A stretch of DNA of 64,000 nucleotides from Octopus vulgaris (GCA_951406725.2 OX597828.1:28582001-28646000); one strand, 5' to 3'; positions 37,353 through 52,478 are shown, counted from the stretch's first letter. Program-made: numbers and translations. The notes: generated from the sequence alone by a model not told the origin.

Positions 37353-39052
37353 GGAAACTGTTTGACCGATATGAAATGCTAAAACCAACGAACGTGAAAA
37401 TAACGGTAAAAATATTTTGCGTGCTGAAATATCTTCGCAAATAATGAAATAAGTTCTTGGAAACCTGCCACTTGCTCTATTCTTGTAATATTCAACTTGG
37501 GATTTCGAACTGTAGAGTTAGTACAATATAGTAATAAGGAAGAGAAACAAAGAATGAAAGAAAGAAGAGGAGGAAAAGAAAGAGAAAATTTAAAAAAAAA
37601 AAAAAAAGCTGAAGTAATAGAGAGCGAGGTTTGGGATATGTTCGTTTAGAATAACAAGGATGTCAGGTTAACCCAAATAAAATATAAACATGTGACCACG
37701 CACACATATGTATGTGTATATAATATGTACATACATGTATACATATCAGGCAGGTGCCGTTAGTAATTACTCAGGGTAGTCAGTTGGTGACCTTTATTTA
37801 GTAAAACACACACAAAAAAATAATAAGCGAAACACAGACGTGCGACCGAGTTGATGGCAGATTTACTTCTGCTTTTATAACACGTAAAGAAAACGGTGTT
37901 GTAGGAGTGTACACAGCAATATTACGCGTTGCTTGAATACTCAGATTGGAAAGTAGGGGCGAAGTATGCCAACCTAATCTACCAAAAAAAAAATGAAACA
38001 TTTTGCATTTCATGCATAGTAATCAGAGTAACCTTCATAATTTTATTGAATTAGGTACATATTTTGCCATGAGAGGAAAATGCTGCTATCGATCTATTTT
38101 ATTCAAAGTAGGCAGTGCCTACCTTGCCTGCTCAGGCTGCACATCCCTGATACATACATATACTGTAACACAGAGGCTAAGTAAGGCGAAGCTTCGAAGT
38201 CACTATCAATACTATTCTTGCAAATGAATAATGAATTTGCATTCTACAGAGAAAGTATTAAGTAATCCGTCAGTTTAATGTGAAATCGTCTTTTATTGTT
38301 ATTCAACAAAAAGACAGAAAAAAATGATATACTGAAACACGTGCGATTATACATATATTCATATACACACATGCGTACGTGTCTGCGTGCGTACATGTGT
38401 GTGTGTGTGTGTGTGTGCGTGTGTGTGTGTGTGCGTGCGTGCACGCGCTTCATTTCCGTTTCGTGCTGTATTGGACGTCAGCCCATTTTTGGAGGGTCCC
38501 AGTATCCGTATTAGTTTTTCCCACGAGGAAAGTTTCCTAGTCTTCTCACTTGACACCCCTTCTCCATTTTCATGGTAACATCGCAGAGTGAGAGAAAGAG
38601 AGTGAGAGAGACTGGCTGACAGACGATGCAAGGCAGAGCTGAGCTCCCGAGCGTAGAAACCTAGAACAAACATCACAAGGCATTTTGATAGTCTAACGAC
38701 TCTACCAATTCGTGTGTGTGTCTTTGTCATTGTGCTTGTTTGCCCCACTCGCCTGCAACACCGCGTAACAACCGGTATTGGTTTGTTTGCGTCCCTACAG
38801 CTTAACAGTTCGTCAAAAGACAAAATTAGACTACGTACCGTTCTCTGCAAATAATTTCTTTGCAGAGAACGGTTATCGTTTAGAGAAACTGAAGATGTGT
38901 CTAGTTCACACGAGATATGAAACCAAGGTTTTTTTTTCTAAACTGTTTACTTTACACATACAAAAATTAACAGGTCTATATTTATAGGGTATGCTTTACT
39001 CCTGATTTATGATCCTATAACGAAGATTATATATATATATATATGTATATAT

Positions 39053-39258
39053 AGTTAATCCAAACTAGAAAGCACAAAAAAAAAAACAACAACGCGAGGA
39101 CGTGGAACAATTATAGTATTATTGGACGCTCAGGAAAGAAGGAGGGTTTAACGTTTCGAGCGGAGCTCTTCGTCGGAAACATAGGAGAAGGAAAGATCCA
39201 GAGAAGGGAAGACAGAGGAAAAAAAATCGCCAACAGTACACGCGCGGTCACAGTTTGA
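39053..39258 (-). mobile_element. PLE terminal fragment, sister of 12942-13158
   Basis: GTTT-CCGACGA-A-GAGC tcc GCTC-GAAACGTT-AAAC at 39146-39180; (TA)n on both sides. Confidence 0.7.
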
Positions 39259-40120
39259 ATATATATATATATTTTGAATATATATTTTGAATATATATAA
39301 TATTTGCCTATTCCTTCTCTCTCAAATTATTTAATACTTTTTGTATATCGACTTTCCTAACTTTCTTGTCCTTACATTTACTCCTCTACCTGTTCAAGTT
39401 TAAACCTCTTGAGCATAACGAAGTATATTCTCTACGGAGAATACCTCCCCCCCTCTCTCTCTATATATATGCATAAGTGTGTGTGTGTGTGTGTGTGTGT
39501 GTGTAGGACAGAGAAACGGATAGAGGGATGGATGGATGGATAAATAAATGTATTTGACTGCGGCCATGCTGCGGGATATCAAATTGGTGGGTTTAGTCGA
39601 ACAGATTACCACCAGTACTTGTTTTTTTTTTGTTGAAAGTCTGGTACATATTATATCGGTGTCTTTTGCCGAACCACTACTTCGCAGATGTACACGAGCC
39701 AACGCTGGTTGCCAGGCGATGGCGGAGGAACATACACAAACAAAGAAACACACATGCATACAACTATGTGCACCGACTTCCATACAGTTTCTGTCTATCA
39801 GATTCATTCACAAGGAATTGGTCGTTCCAGAGCTACAGATGCCGCACAGTGAGATTGAACAAGAAATCACGTGCTGGCAAAGTGAGCTCCTTAATCACAC
39901 AGCCATGCCCAGACAGAAGAGTCATTTTTAACCATCCAAAAACAACATTTTATTTATTTCTGGTGGTGTCAAAATTTTCGTCGCACCACTGCGACCTGGT
40001 CATTGACGCACTTCCAATGCACCTCAAATCACTTACCAAACAAGTACAACTCCGAAACTATTCATTGTACCATTGTTTTTTGAGAGAGATTTAGCCATTA
40101 TGTTTATCAATCACATAGAC

Positions 40121-40278
40121 CAGGCATGGGCAGTTTATTTTCGTGAAGCAGGCTGCATGAAACATGCATCATCATGAGGTGGGTCGCACTAAAAAAAAAA
40201 AATTTTTTTAATTCAAGGTAATTTTTCGTTACGTGTGCCATTCCGAATATCTTGCAGGCCGCAGTTTGCTCATGACTG
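40121..40278. mobile_element. Small hAT-like MITE
   Basis: Ends CAGGCATGGGCAG / TTGCTCATGACTG; related pieces at 12690-12897 and 13160-13190. Confidence 0.55.
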
Positions 40279-40344
40279 ACAGACATTTACAATTCAATAT
40301 TGTGAGTTAAAGAAGCATTATGCAATAATTATATAATGGTTGCA

Positions 40345-40800
40345 AGCGCAGGTTGTGTGGTTGTGTGGTTGATAAGTTTGCTTTCCAGTCACATGGTTTC
40401 AGGTTCAGTCGCGGTGGCATCTTGGGCAAATGTCTTCTTTTATGGCTCCGGGTCAACCAAAAGATATGTGAGTCGATTTCGTAGATGGAAACTAAAAGAA
40501 ATCCCTCGTATACACACATATTTGTGTATTTATGCACGCGTATAAATATGCGTAGATGTGTGCATGTTCTTGCATCTCCTTGTCCTGACACCATATTCTA
40601 GTTTTAAATGAACGTCACCGTGTCGTTCATTTCGAATATTCTCTGAAAACATGTCTAGCCATGGGGAAATATTACCTAATCTGAAAGCAGGTGAAGCTTG
40701 GCAACAAGAAAGACCGTAGAAAATTTGCCTCAGTAAGCTTCGTCCGACCCATGCATTCATAGAAAAGCGAACGTGAAAATGATGATGATGAAGATGATAG
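40345..40800 (+). mobile_element. SINE family A head with alternative tail ending in (GAT)n
   Basis: Same head; tail CCGACCCATGC..GAAAAG..CGT..AAA(ATG)n shared with 55622-56035 and 60640-60800. Confidence 0.7.
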
Positions 40801-41935
40801 TTCTACTGCTTAAAACTGTAATCTGTACTTCCTCATGGTACCTAGTTACAGTGAAACGCTATGAGTCAGCAAGAAAATATACAGCGACCAACACCGGAAT
40901 ATGAAACGCCGTTCGATCGATTCATTGGCAGCAGACGTTATTGTTTTGGCCAGCAATGACCTGTTTTGTCATTAATGAAGTTCTTTACATTAAAAAAATA
41001 TATATATAATAAATATAAAAACCAGAAAAAAAAAATGAAGAACTAACGAAAGATTCCAGTGTTAAGCAGACATTTAAAATAATATTTATAGAATTTGAAC
41101 ATATTTCTTCAGATTTGATAGTATCAAGGGACGGGTAGGATGACAAGTGAATGTGTGACCACAATTTTTAATATCTTCTGAAACCCAACTACCGCCACCA
41201 TCTTTCTCTGTCTCCCTCCTTCTCTCACTGTCACATTTGTACGCTTTTATCTTCCTCATCCCAAACTCTCTCTCTCTCTCTCTCTTTGCCTCATCTCTCT
41301 TTCTCCATACCCTCTCTCTCTCTCTCTCTCTCTCTCGCTCGTGTAATTTTGTGCGTGGATGTTGTTTAATAGAATAAATAATCAAATATTCAGTTTTAAG
41401 AACTGGAAGATGTTCGAAATGAAGAAATACAGCGTGGGGTGGGGGAAATAACAAAAATAATAAAAACAAAATAAAAGGAAAAAAAAACACACATTAATTT
41501 GCTATGTTCTAAAAGTGGAAAGGGTAAGAATTATTTTGGAGCCTTTAAAGAAAATATTCTTCAGACATCTCCCAGTACAGTTCGATAAGCGTCTCGTCAA
41601 CGTCACGTGTAAGAACCTCCCCCCTCCAACCTCTAGTCTGTTGTATGTGGAGACTTGGAGATATTGAAATGGAAGCGAGGGCAGTGAGTTAACAGGAATG
41701 GTACATGTAGCCTCGTTTGTCAATGATTCATTTATCACTGATCCGAACCCAGGATAACACTGTACACTCAATTGTGAACCATTTTACATTTATCACGGAT
41801 TGATCTGTTATAACACGGGACGGCGATCAATCGGGAATTTTGCTTGGTCCGCAAACGCGCTCCCTAGCGACTATCCACAATGCTCAGTTACCCAGAATGC
41901 ACTGACTCTACCAGCCTGCCGCTTTGATGATGATG

Positions 41936-41996
<61 letters not shown>

Positions 41997-41998
<2 letters not shown>

Positions 41999-42552
41999 GC
42001 CCTGATACAGTACCAGGCAGTGGCTCTCGTGGCTTCTGATCTTAAATGATTGGAAGTGTTATCATGTACATTGTTTTGTCTTGGTATAAAAGATGGGCTA
42101 CAACAAATATTCTGCTCAATACCACAGATTTGCTTGTCAGTTGTTTTACCTTAACCAGTTGAGCATGTCCCTTAGTGGCTGACGATATGTGCATCTCTGA
42201 TCACGAGCAGAAGTAGTGGGAGAGCATCATAGCCATGTGTTGAGAGGGATTCTTTGGGATTTGAATAATTCACCTCTGGAAACATGGGTGTTTCGTTCAT
42301 CATCCTTAAACAACCCTTATTCAGGGACCTTTCAAGCGGGATGAGTTACTTGATCAGAAGAAAATTCTAACTGGGCCCCACCTGCAAGGTCATGCGCTGT
42401 TTCTCTTGATATGAGATCACATTGTCGCGCACATATGGTTGTGATGCATGTGCCTAATGTACCCTTATAAGACGGGTAGTCACGATGGGTATACTGGGCT
42501 TCGTATATTTTACCGCAGTGTCACTTTGATGGCATGCACTGCTCTCTCACTC
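41997..42552 (+). mobile_element. About 550-bp non-coding repeat embedded in (AAT)n
   Basis: Homologue of 10963-11514. Confidence 0.85.
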
Positions 42553-43626
42553 AATAATAATAATAATCCTTTCCACTGGAAGCACAAGGCCTCAAATTTG
42601 GTGGGATTAATAATAATAATGGTTTCAAATTTTGGCACAAGGCCAATCGTTTCGGGGAAGAGGTAATTTGATTACATCAACCCTAGTGTTCAACTGGGAC
42701 TTACTTTATCTACTCCGAAAGCATGAAAAGCAAAGTCGAACTCAGCGGAATTTGCACTCAGAATGTGGTGCCCTGGTCTGAAGGGGTTAGCATAGGAAAG
42801 GATTCCTAGTTATCTGCTGAACTTGTGTCGATCGCTGCGTTATATTGACGACTTGCGCGAATTTAAGCCGGACGACGGAAAGAGAGGCTTAGAAAAACAA
42901 CCATTTGGAAAAGAAGTTTCCAACAAGGGCGCCGCGGATTCACTCTAGGGTGTCGTAAACAGTAATTAGGGGTGTTAGGGGTAATTACGATGTGTGCTTG
43001 ACGATCAGCGTTGGTTTGTTTACATCCTTGTAACTTAGCAGTTTGACATAGGGACTAGCAGAATAGATACTAGGCTTAAAAAATAAGTACTAGCTTCGAT
43101 TTGTTCGTGGAAAGCCTTCAGAGCATTGCCCCAGCAAGGCCGCAGTTCAATGACTGAAACAAGTAAAAGATAAAAGACAAAGAATTTCTTTCTTTCGTAT
43201 AGACAAGGAATATCTATATTCTGAGGGTGTTGTAACATTCATGCCTCTTCCAAGAGTATCAACGACATAAGCAGTAATGATCAGCGACATTTTAATTAAT
43301 CCGTATTATCGCCTGCCATCAGAAATTCACGTAAATTCTCTTTTCATGAATTAATTCATCGACTTAACTCTGGAGTTTTTGTTTTCTTTCTTTCTTTCAT
43401 CTTTTTTTTCTTTTAAGTTGCTGTCTGCGAATGCGGAGATACGGATATTTACTGAATACAAAACTTTGAATAAAAAATGAGAAGCGATATGGGGTGGTGG
43501 GAAAATTAAAAAAAAAATAAACGATTAAGAAATAAGGACGACGGCTATTTTCTGTGGTACCCTGGTCTGAATGGGTTAACAGAGGAAAGAATTTCGAGTT
43601 ATTTACCCGATATGTGTGCATTGCTG

Positions 43627-44071
43627 GGATCTTTTTGGTTTGAACGGCAGTTTTTAACATAATTTCTAGGTAACTAAAAAATTTTAAACTTCGTATACTG
43701 GTAGAATGTGTTTATAAAACATCTTTTTCTCTTGGCTTTATTGAGAAAATTCTATAGTTTGTAAGTTATTTGTTGTTTTGTTTCTTTAATTTCTGCAATT
43801 TCAACGAATCAATGACGTCCATTGAGGTAAAAAAAACATTCTGTGCCGTATGAATATGTCCCCCGTTTAAGAAACAGATTGGGTTTATTTACATTTGTGA
43901 AGAAAAAAAGATACCCTTCCCCCCACTCCTAACCCTAACCCTAACCAACCCTAACTAACCCTAACCCTAAAACAGATTGAAATGCAATAGATCGATACTA
44001 GGGTCATAATTATGGGTGACAATTTCATATGACATCGCTAGAAAAAACTGCCGTTCAAACCGAAAAAATCC
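43627..44071 (+). mobile_element. Complete GGATC-TIR MITE
   Basis: TSD CATTGCTG (43619)/CATTGCAG (44072); internal CCCTAA repeats. Confidence 0.9.
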
Positions 44072-44721
44072 CATTGCAGCGCTATGTCGATGACTTGTGT
44101 GAATTTAAGCCGAAAGATAGAAAGACAGGTTCAGGAAGATAACCGTTTGGAAAAGAAGTTTCCAACAAGGGCGCCATGACGACACGCTCTAGGATGTTGA
44201 AGATTGTAATTGGATGTATTTAAGGGTTGTTAGGGTAGTTTTAGACTTAAATGAAGCAAAAAAAACCTGTATTTTATGAACGAATGCTGAGTGAGCGATG
44301 AGTGAGTGTTGAGTGAGAGAGCGTTGAATGAGAATTGAGCGAGTGAATGAGGGAAGGTGAGTGAGAGAGGGAGCGAGTGAGGGAAGGAAGGAGGGAACGA
44401 GAGATGGGGAAAGGAGCATGTGGGGGATGGCGGAGGAGTGTGTGAGCAAGGAATGCGGAAGAGGAGAGAGCAGGGACGGAGCGAAAGATGGGAGAGGGAG
44501 TGAGCGAAGGAGAGAGGTAGAGAGAGAAGAGAGAGAGAGAGAATGTTGATAGAAATAGGAGATTTTCATCGGGAGTTTATATTTTCCATATTATAAAAAA
44601 AGGGTGTCGTGTACCTTAAGCATAAAGGATGTAGGGTAACGAGGTCACAGAAATGCAGAAACGTTGGCAATCACTGGTTTAGGGCAACATGTTTGGACAA
44701 AGAACAAAGTTTGCTTTTCTA

Positions 44722-44778
<57 letters not shown>

Positions 44779-45227
44779 CGTCTACTTTCAATTCTGTTTT
44801 CATTTCTTGCCGAGCGTCTTCCTGATACCTAGGGCAGAGAAACTCCCTGTATACATTGGTAGGCCATTAAGATAAACACAGCAGATTGCTCATTTACAAA
44901 GTCATGTGATAGAGAAAAAGGAGGAAGAGAGACAGAAAAAAGAGAAAATAATTACGTAAACAAATAAAGGGGAAGAAAAGAAAGAAAATAAATTTCACAG
45001 CCTCAATGTTCTTCTCAGTACGTGTGACCTACTAGTCAAGACTATGATTATTATTATTATTATTATTATTATTATTGTTATTATTACTACTACTGAGGTG
45101 GTGGGCTGGCAGAATCAGTATCACGCCGGACAAAATGCTTTGCAGCATTTCGTCCGTGACTACGTTCTGAGTTCAAATGCCGTTGAGATCGACTTTGCCT
45201 TCTTTCGGGGTTGGTAAAATAACTACC

Positions 45228-45458
45228 TATTTCTTTATTACCCACGAGGGGCTAAACACAGAGGGGACAAACAAGGACAGACATAGGTATTAAGTCGATT
45301 ACATCGACTCCAGTGCGTAACTGGTACTTAATTTATCGACCCCGAAAGGATGAAAGGCAAAGTCGACCTCGGCGGAATTTGAACTCACAACGTAACGGCA
45401 GACGAAATACCGCTAAGCATTTCGCCCGGCGTGCTAACGTTTCTGCCAGCTCGCCGCC
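45228..45458 (-). mobile_element. Young SINE family B nested in an older opposite-strand family B copy (45095-45555)
   Basis: TSD TGGTAAAATAA(C/A)TACC at 45212-45227 and 45459-45474. Confidence 0.92.
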
Positions 45459-46509
45459 TGGTAAAATAAATACCAGTTGATCACTAGGGATCGATGTAAT
45501 CAATTTACAACACTCCTTCCTCTGAAATTGCTGGCCTTGTGCCAAAATTTGAAACTATTATTGTTATTATTATTATTATTTCCAGTCAACGAGTGAAGTC
45601 ATCTGAACCGACACCAAGTACTCGAATCGAATTATGACGATGCATAATGACCTTCCCCCCACCCACCCCCACACGCACGCGCACGTACACGATAAAGAAA
45701 AAATTTAAAAAAAAAACATTAAAAAAAAAACAAAAACGTTCATAACTTTATTATTTTGGTTGATGCCTCAAATTAGAATTTTGCGAACGAGGGAAATGAA
45801 ATTAACTTTTTGAAGCACGGAAATAACTATGTATAAAATTCAGAAACAACATGGTCATGGAATATTATTAAGTTTTAAAACGTCATTAGAGAGAAATGTT
45901 AACTATATAACTCCATAGCGCCGTCTATGGTTAAACTTGGACTCTAGCGAAAAATGTAAATCTATATAAAATATCGATAGAGATAGCCGAGATAAGCCGG
46001 GCGTATAGTTAATTATTGAGTCTGGCTAAAATTGCCTCCCCTTTCTTTTCGTGCCAATTACTAAGCGCTCTTGTATACATTATGACCTGCAAAGATGAAT
46101 TGTATGATTACAATAATTCAACATCAAAAGACGACTATTAAAGTTTTTAATGTTTTAATAACGCCATTAGGCGGACATTCCGACAGCAGACCTTAGGTTA
46201 ACTGCTTCCTTTGCAATCCATTAGGTTAAGGACAAGCAACATCAAGACTGCAGGCTAAATTAACTTAAGATTTTGCTAATTTACTAATTGTCTGACTCTT
46301 TCTTCAAAAGGTAAAAGGTGAAACGTCTGCACAGCACACGTCATAAACCTCGAGAGACTATAAGCATACTCAACACGGATCTTATATAGAAATATATATA
46401 TATATATACATGTGTGTGTGTGTGTGCGTGTGTGGATATGTAAATATATGTGTATGTACATACATAATCAAAAACACACATACATATATGTAAATGTGTA
46501 TATGCATGC

Positions 46510-46540
<31 letters not shown>

Positions 46541-47694
46541 AGTGGTTGTGTGTGAGTGTGCGTTTATATATACATATACGCACATGCACACACATATATA
46601 CATATATATACATGTGTGTATGTACGTATATATGTGTATATACACACATATGCATACGACTTTTCATATAGCAATCCACCCACAAAAGCATGCGCTCGAC
46701 CATCCATACGTGTGTGTTTATATCTATATATTTGCATTACGCATGCTCACACAAACACACGTACACGCACACATGCACACACACATAGAAGAGAAAAGAA
46801 ATGTTTGCGTGTGTGTGTTGTATAAAAACAGAAATAGGTTTTACCATATCTTGTTTTATGCTCTGTTTTATCAAAACCTTGTTTCCTCTTATTTTCGCAC
46901 GAGTTCCCTCTAGTTTATATTTGAAATAGTAAAGGTCTCGATCTTATCACCAGGATGGAAAATTTTGGTGTATTCTGTTGCTTTATTATAGTTGGCCGAG
47001 CCAATGTGATTGGTGCAGACATTACTGCCAGATTAAAAATGTTTGGTTGTAGTATTTAATATTTATTGTCGTTTGTGACTGGTGTATAACATCCTTCAGC
47101 CAACTGTAATATTCTTCTCTATTGGACGTATAGATCCCATCAATAATTGTTTATTTTGTGGAGAATTTAGTAGAGTATAGAGGTGTTGTCTACAAATGTT
47201 TTTCAGTTTTCTCTTGCGTGGTCTAATGTTTTACAGTTGTTCCGTGTTGCATATGCATTGTGGGCTGGCGGCAAAGTGCTATACATCTAAGATTCAGTGA
47301 CTGAAGAAGCTAAATCAAGCCAAAACGTCGGTGTCTGACGATCCGCTGACATAATTCTTAGCAAGTTGTATTTTCAGCACTCAAATCTCTTAAGAAAAGT
47401 TTCTCTGGGAGAAAATATTACATCAAGTGCTATTCTATATTTGTACGTAGATTTATAAATGATATACACATCGTTATTTTAATCTAACGCTGTTTCAAGC
47501 GCGTAGTTTGATATAACTTAAACTTGTCCAGCTTTTGCACATATCAGCGAATGCTTTATTTCTCGAGTCCTATACTGAAATGAAAATTCCAAATCATCTC
47601 AGAATAACCAGTGGTGATTATTCAATGAAGAGGCAAACCTCAAACCGAAACGCCGGTGACGTCATTCAGTGTGAGCAGTGTTTTTATATGCATA

Positions 47695-48078
47695 TCTTTA
47701 TATATAAAAGTAAGGTTGTGTATCTGTCTCCTACGATTTAGATTCCTAACTACTCCCACATTTTGCGGTGCAGTTTAACCAAAACCGGGTATCTTATAGT
47801 CGTGATTCATATCGAGCCCGTCCGGGTATTAGCGCGCGTCTACAATGAGTCTACGATTTTAAAAATAATTTACCATCATTTTTTCCCATTTTAATGCATT
47901 TTTTCGCTATTATATAAGGGAAGTAACTCTCTAAAAATGTTTACGATGAGTCAACGATTAAAAAAAAAATTACCATCATTTTTTTCCATTTTAATGCATT
48001 TTTTGGCTATAACTCTCTAAAAATGCTTATATAGTTATTTCCCTTACAAACCCGAGCAACGCCGGGCGATACTGCTAG
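47695..48078 (+). mobile_element. Complete non-autonomous Helitron (384 bp)
   Basis: A|TC start, subterminal hairpin CCCGAGCAACGCCGGG, CTAG|T end, no TSD. Confidence 0.88.
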
Positions 48079-50247
48079 TATGATATACACGTTATTTTAA
48101 TTTAATGCTGTTTCAAGTAAGTATATTTTGATAGGTATACGTGTTGAAAAATATCATGTGCTTATAAACAGGCAAGCATACAGGCAGGTAGAGATAGATA
48201 GAAATTGCCAATATTGTCACCTTCGTTTGCGTCACACACACACACACGCCTCCCCGCACCTCATTCACCTTTCATTTGTTTCAGTCTTTGAATGGCGGCT
48301 GCTATCTGGGCATCAGCTTGTGTGGCTTAGTCCAACAAATCGACTCCAGGACCTATTTTAAAGCCTCGAACTTATTCTATTGGTTTCTTTTTCGCAAACC
48401 GCTAAGTTACAGAGACGTAAAGTACGAGGGATGTACAACATCGGTTGTCATACGGTGGTGGTGGCCAAACAGAAACACAAATATACACACAAACACACAC
48501 ATACTTACATACATACATACATACATACACATACATATACATACATACATACATTCATACAAATAAGCGTACGTACATACATGGAGTTACTCTATCCAGA
48601 TTACAAGTTCAGGCTTATACCTGTAATTATTGGGTTCCTGGGATATGTAACAAACTGCCTAAATACCAATCTTGAGAAATTACGCTTCTCAAAACCAGAA
48701 AGGAGAAAGCTAATTTGAAAACTATAGATCCAATCCGTCATTGGAACTGTAAAAATCTGTAAAACTTTCCAGAAGTTTAGCATCTAAATATATATGAGCA
48801 TGTCTAGATATGCAACCATATGCATGAGAATACATACAGAAAACATACAAATCAGCACATACATACATACATACATACATACATACATACATACATACAT
48901 ACATACATACATACATACATACATACATACATACATACTTTCAATTTTCATCTAATAAATTCACTCACAGGACTTTGGTCAGTCTGGGTCTATAATAGAA
49001 GACACTAGCCCAAGGTGCCATGCAGTGGGACTGAACCCGGAGCCATGTGGTTGGGAAGCAAGCTTCTTACCACAGCCACATATGCATGCATATATGTGTG
49101 TGTATGATTTTATGTGTGTATATGTGTGTGTTTGTGTGTGTATGTGTATATATATGAGTATATATATATATATATATTGAAATTTTGTGTTTGATGTAGC
49201 TCAATAGTATAAACATTGAAACTGCCACATACTTAATTTATGTGTGTTGCTAAACGCTTGTCGCTGCGGTATCTCATCTCAGGACATGAAGTTAGTTTTT
49301 AAAGACGTAAAGTTATTTTTTAAAAAAAAGACAGCACAGTATATCTCAAAGCTAGGCGAAACGAAACCACTTCGGAAGTGATCGGGAATAACATATATCG
49401 ACAATTACTAGTATTTTCTGCGCATCAATGCCATATAATTCACCTCACTTTCGAAACGAATTTGAATCGCCAGCCAAAAGTACATGCAGATAGCATAAAA
49501 TCTATCTGCTGATGTGAAAAAAGCGCCGCACAAGTACAACAAAATTCTAATTTTGTGTTAGAAGCAGATCAATAAAGTAAACGTAATGTAATCATTACCA
49601 ATATGACATACTCAATGTATGTGTGTTGTGAAAGGCTTATAGCTGTGGTGTGACGTTCATTGTTTTTTTAAAACTCCAAACGTCTTTACAAGGGCTTCTT
49701 TTTATACAAAATACCACAGCCACAAACGTTTAACAGCACACATTAAGTAGGTGCTATTATACATATGTAGGCTGAGACAAATTTCCTCTCCTTCCGATAT
49801 ATACTGTATTTGAACACAGTACGTCCATACGAGAGATTATTTCCGGACGAATATCGCAGTAAATGTTTGCCTATCTCTCTGCATTTACGCTATTTACGAA
49901 ACATAAAATTGTGTGTGTGCGCGCGCGCGCGTGTGTATGTGTGTGTAATTTATCGTAAAACTTTTACGGATAGCGCCAACGCGTTAAGGCAATGATGAGT
50001 ATTGCTGTTGTAAGACGGCAAGCTGGCAGAATCGTTAGCACACTGGGCAAAATGCTGAGCGTCATTTCGTCCATTGTTACGTTCTGAGTTCAAATTCCGC
50101 CGGGATCGACTTTGCCTTTCATCCTTTCGGGGGTCGATAAAATAAGTACCAGTTGAACACTGGGCTCGATGTAATCCACTTACTTCCGCCTCTGGGAGAA
50201 AGTATCAAACTCGGCAATTAGTATTGCTGTCATGTTATATATTGCGT

Positions 50248-50288
<41 letters not shown>

Positions 50289-50442
50289 TGTGTGAGAGAG
50301 AGAGGGAGTGAGAGAGAGAGAGAAGAAAGAGAGCAGACAGAGGAAGGGAGACAACTGTAAAGCGACGTGGCTCGAGGCTCCAGTGTTTCGTTCATTGCTC
50401 TTATATCTGCCTTTCTTTATTCTTCCTTCCTCTCTCTCTGTC

Positions 50443-50522
<80 letters not shown>

Positions 50523-51364
50523 CAAACCATATACAAAGATATATATATATATGCATCATATACATAATTAAGTGAACGTGTACATAAATACACAAAAGCT
50601 CACACATACAAGAACACACACACACATACACACCCAGACATTAACGCACTCACACATATAATTAAATAAGAAATAACTATCATTATTTGTCGTCTCCCGC
50701 CCCCTTCCTACCTCGCAAACTATATTTGTTTTTTTTTCTTCTTTTTCTTCTTCTTTTTCGAATGTTGAGTTCTCTCCTATCATTAAGTAGTTAACCTTCT
50801 TCTTTTTAACCGTCGTTGCTATCACAGACACCTTTCGCCATCCAACGACGTCCTACACCATCAACCTTACCACCCTCTACGACCCTCACCGCCACCATTG
50901 ACGACCTCACCTTCATCTACCACCATCACTTACAACCCCCGCCCAGACGACACGACTCGCCACCGCCACCACCATCACCACTACCGGGGGTCATTGTCAA
51001 TCTTCGCCTTCACGATGGCCGGGTGTCGAAGGTGAGAGACTTCCTCTACGTAATCACCCGATCTGCTAGAAATAGCAGCCAGACAATCTTAAATTACAAC
51101 TTGAAGGCACCAAAGCAGATACTTAACCGGAGATAATCTTTTATCTATTGCTCGTTTCCAATCATTGGACTGCGGCCATGTTGGGGCACCTCACTGAGGA
51201 GTTTAGCCGAATAAGCCGACCCTGGTAATTAATTTTTAGGTCTAGCACTTATTCTTTCGGTCTCCGTTTGCCAAACCGGTAAGTTACGGGGACGTAAACA
51301 ATCCAACACCGCTCGTCAAGTGGTGGGAGGGGACAGATACAAGCACAAGCCACACACTGTGTAT

Positions 51365-51712
51365 TAAGCAGCTTGCTTACCAACCACATGGTCCTGGGTT
51401 CAGTCCCACTGCGTGGCACATTATGCAAGTGTCTTCTACAACAGTGGATTTGGTAGACGGAAACTGAAAGAAGCCTGTCCTATATATATATATATGTATA
51501 TATATACATATATATTTCCGTTTGCTTGTGTGTCCGTGTTTGTCTCCACCACCACACAATCGCTTGATAACCGGTGTTGGTGTGTTTACGTTCCCGTAAG
51601 TTAGCGGTTCGACAAAAGAAATCAATAGAATAAGTACTAGGCTGGGATGGATTTGTTCGACTAAGGCGGTGATCCAGCATGGCTGCAGTCAAATGACTGA
51701 AACAACTAAAAT
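51365..51712 (+). mobile_element. SINE family A with internal deletion
   Basis: Head and tail modules present. Confidence 0.8.
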
Positions 51713-51718
51713 AATATA

Positions 51719-51770
<52 letters not shown>

Positions 51771-51949
51771 AGCAAAATCGAACGCTTATGATTACACAAG
51801 GTGTGTGTGTGTTGTTAGGTCGCGAGTTGGCTGCGTTTTAGCCGTAAGCAAACATATTCTCAATTCGCCTAGTGTTGAAAACACCTGAAAGTAAGTCTTT
51901 AGACGCATTGAGAATATACTCTCTTATAGCTAAAACGCAGCCGACCCAC

Positions 51950-52016
<67 letters not shown>

Positions 52017-52077
52017 ACACACACATATATCTTGTGTATGTGTTCGATTTTGTTTATATATTTTGAGGTACAACTAA

Positions 52078-52129
<52 letters not shown>

Positions 52130-52478
52130 AACGACGGGCTTCTTTCAGTTTCCGTTTACCAAATCCACTAACAAAGCTTTGGTCGGCTCGAGGCTATTGT
52201 AGAAGACACTTGCCCAGGGTGTCACGCAGTCAGACTGGACCCGGAACCATGTGGTTGGTAAACAAGCTACTTACCACACACCCACTCCTGCGTCTATATA
52301 TATATATATATTCCTTCGTTTCAGTCATTTGACTGCAGCTATGCTGGAACACCGCCTTTAGTCGAGCAAATCGACCCCAGGACTTATTCTACCGGTCTCT
52401 TTTGTCGAACCACCAAGTTACGGGAACGTAAGCACATCAGCATTGGTTGAGAGGACAAACACAGATACACAAACATAC

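Noticed and set aside
36582-37440. Poly-L/Y/R/E/S ORFs
   Set aside because: Translations of (AAT)n, (AG)n and (AAG)n microsatellites; the same applies to the many HT/YI/CV-repeat ORFs
43920-43970. Telomere or chromosome-fusion relic
   Set aside because: The CCCTAA repeats are internal to a MITE and occur at the same position in its other copies
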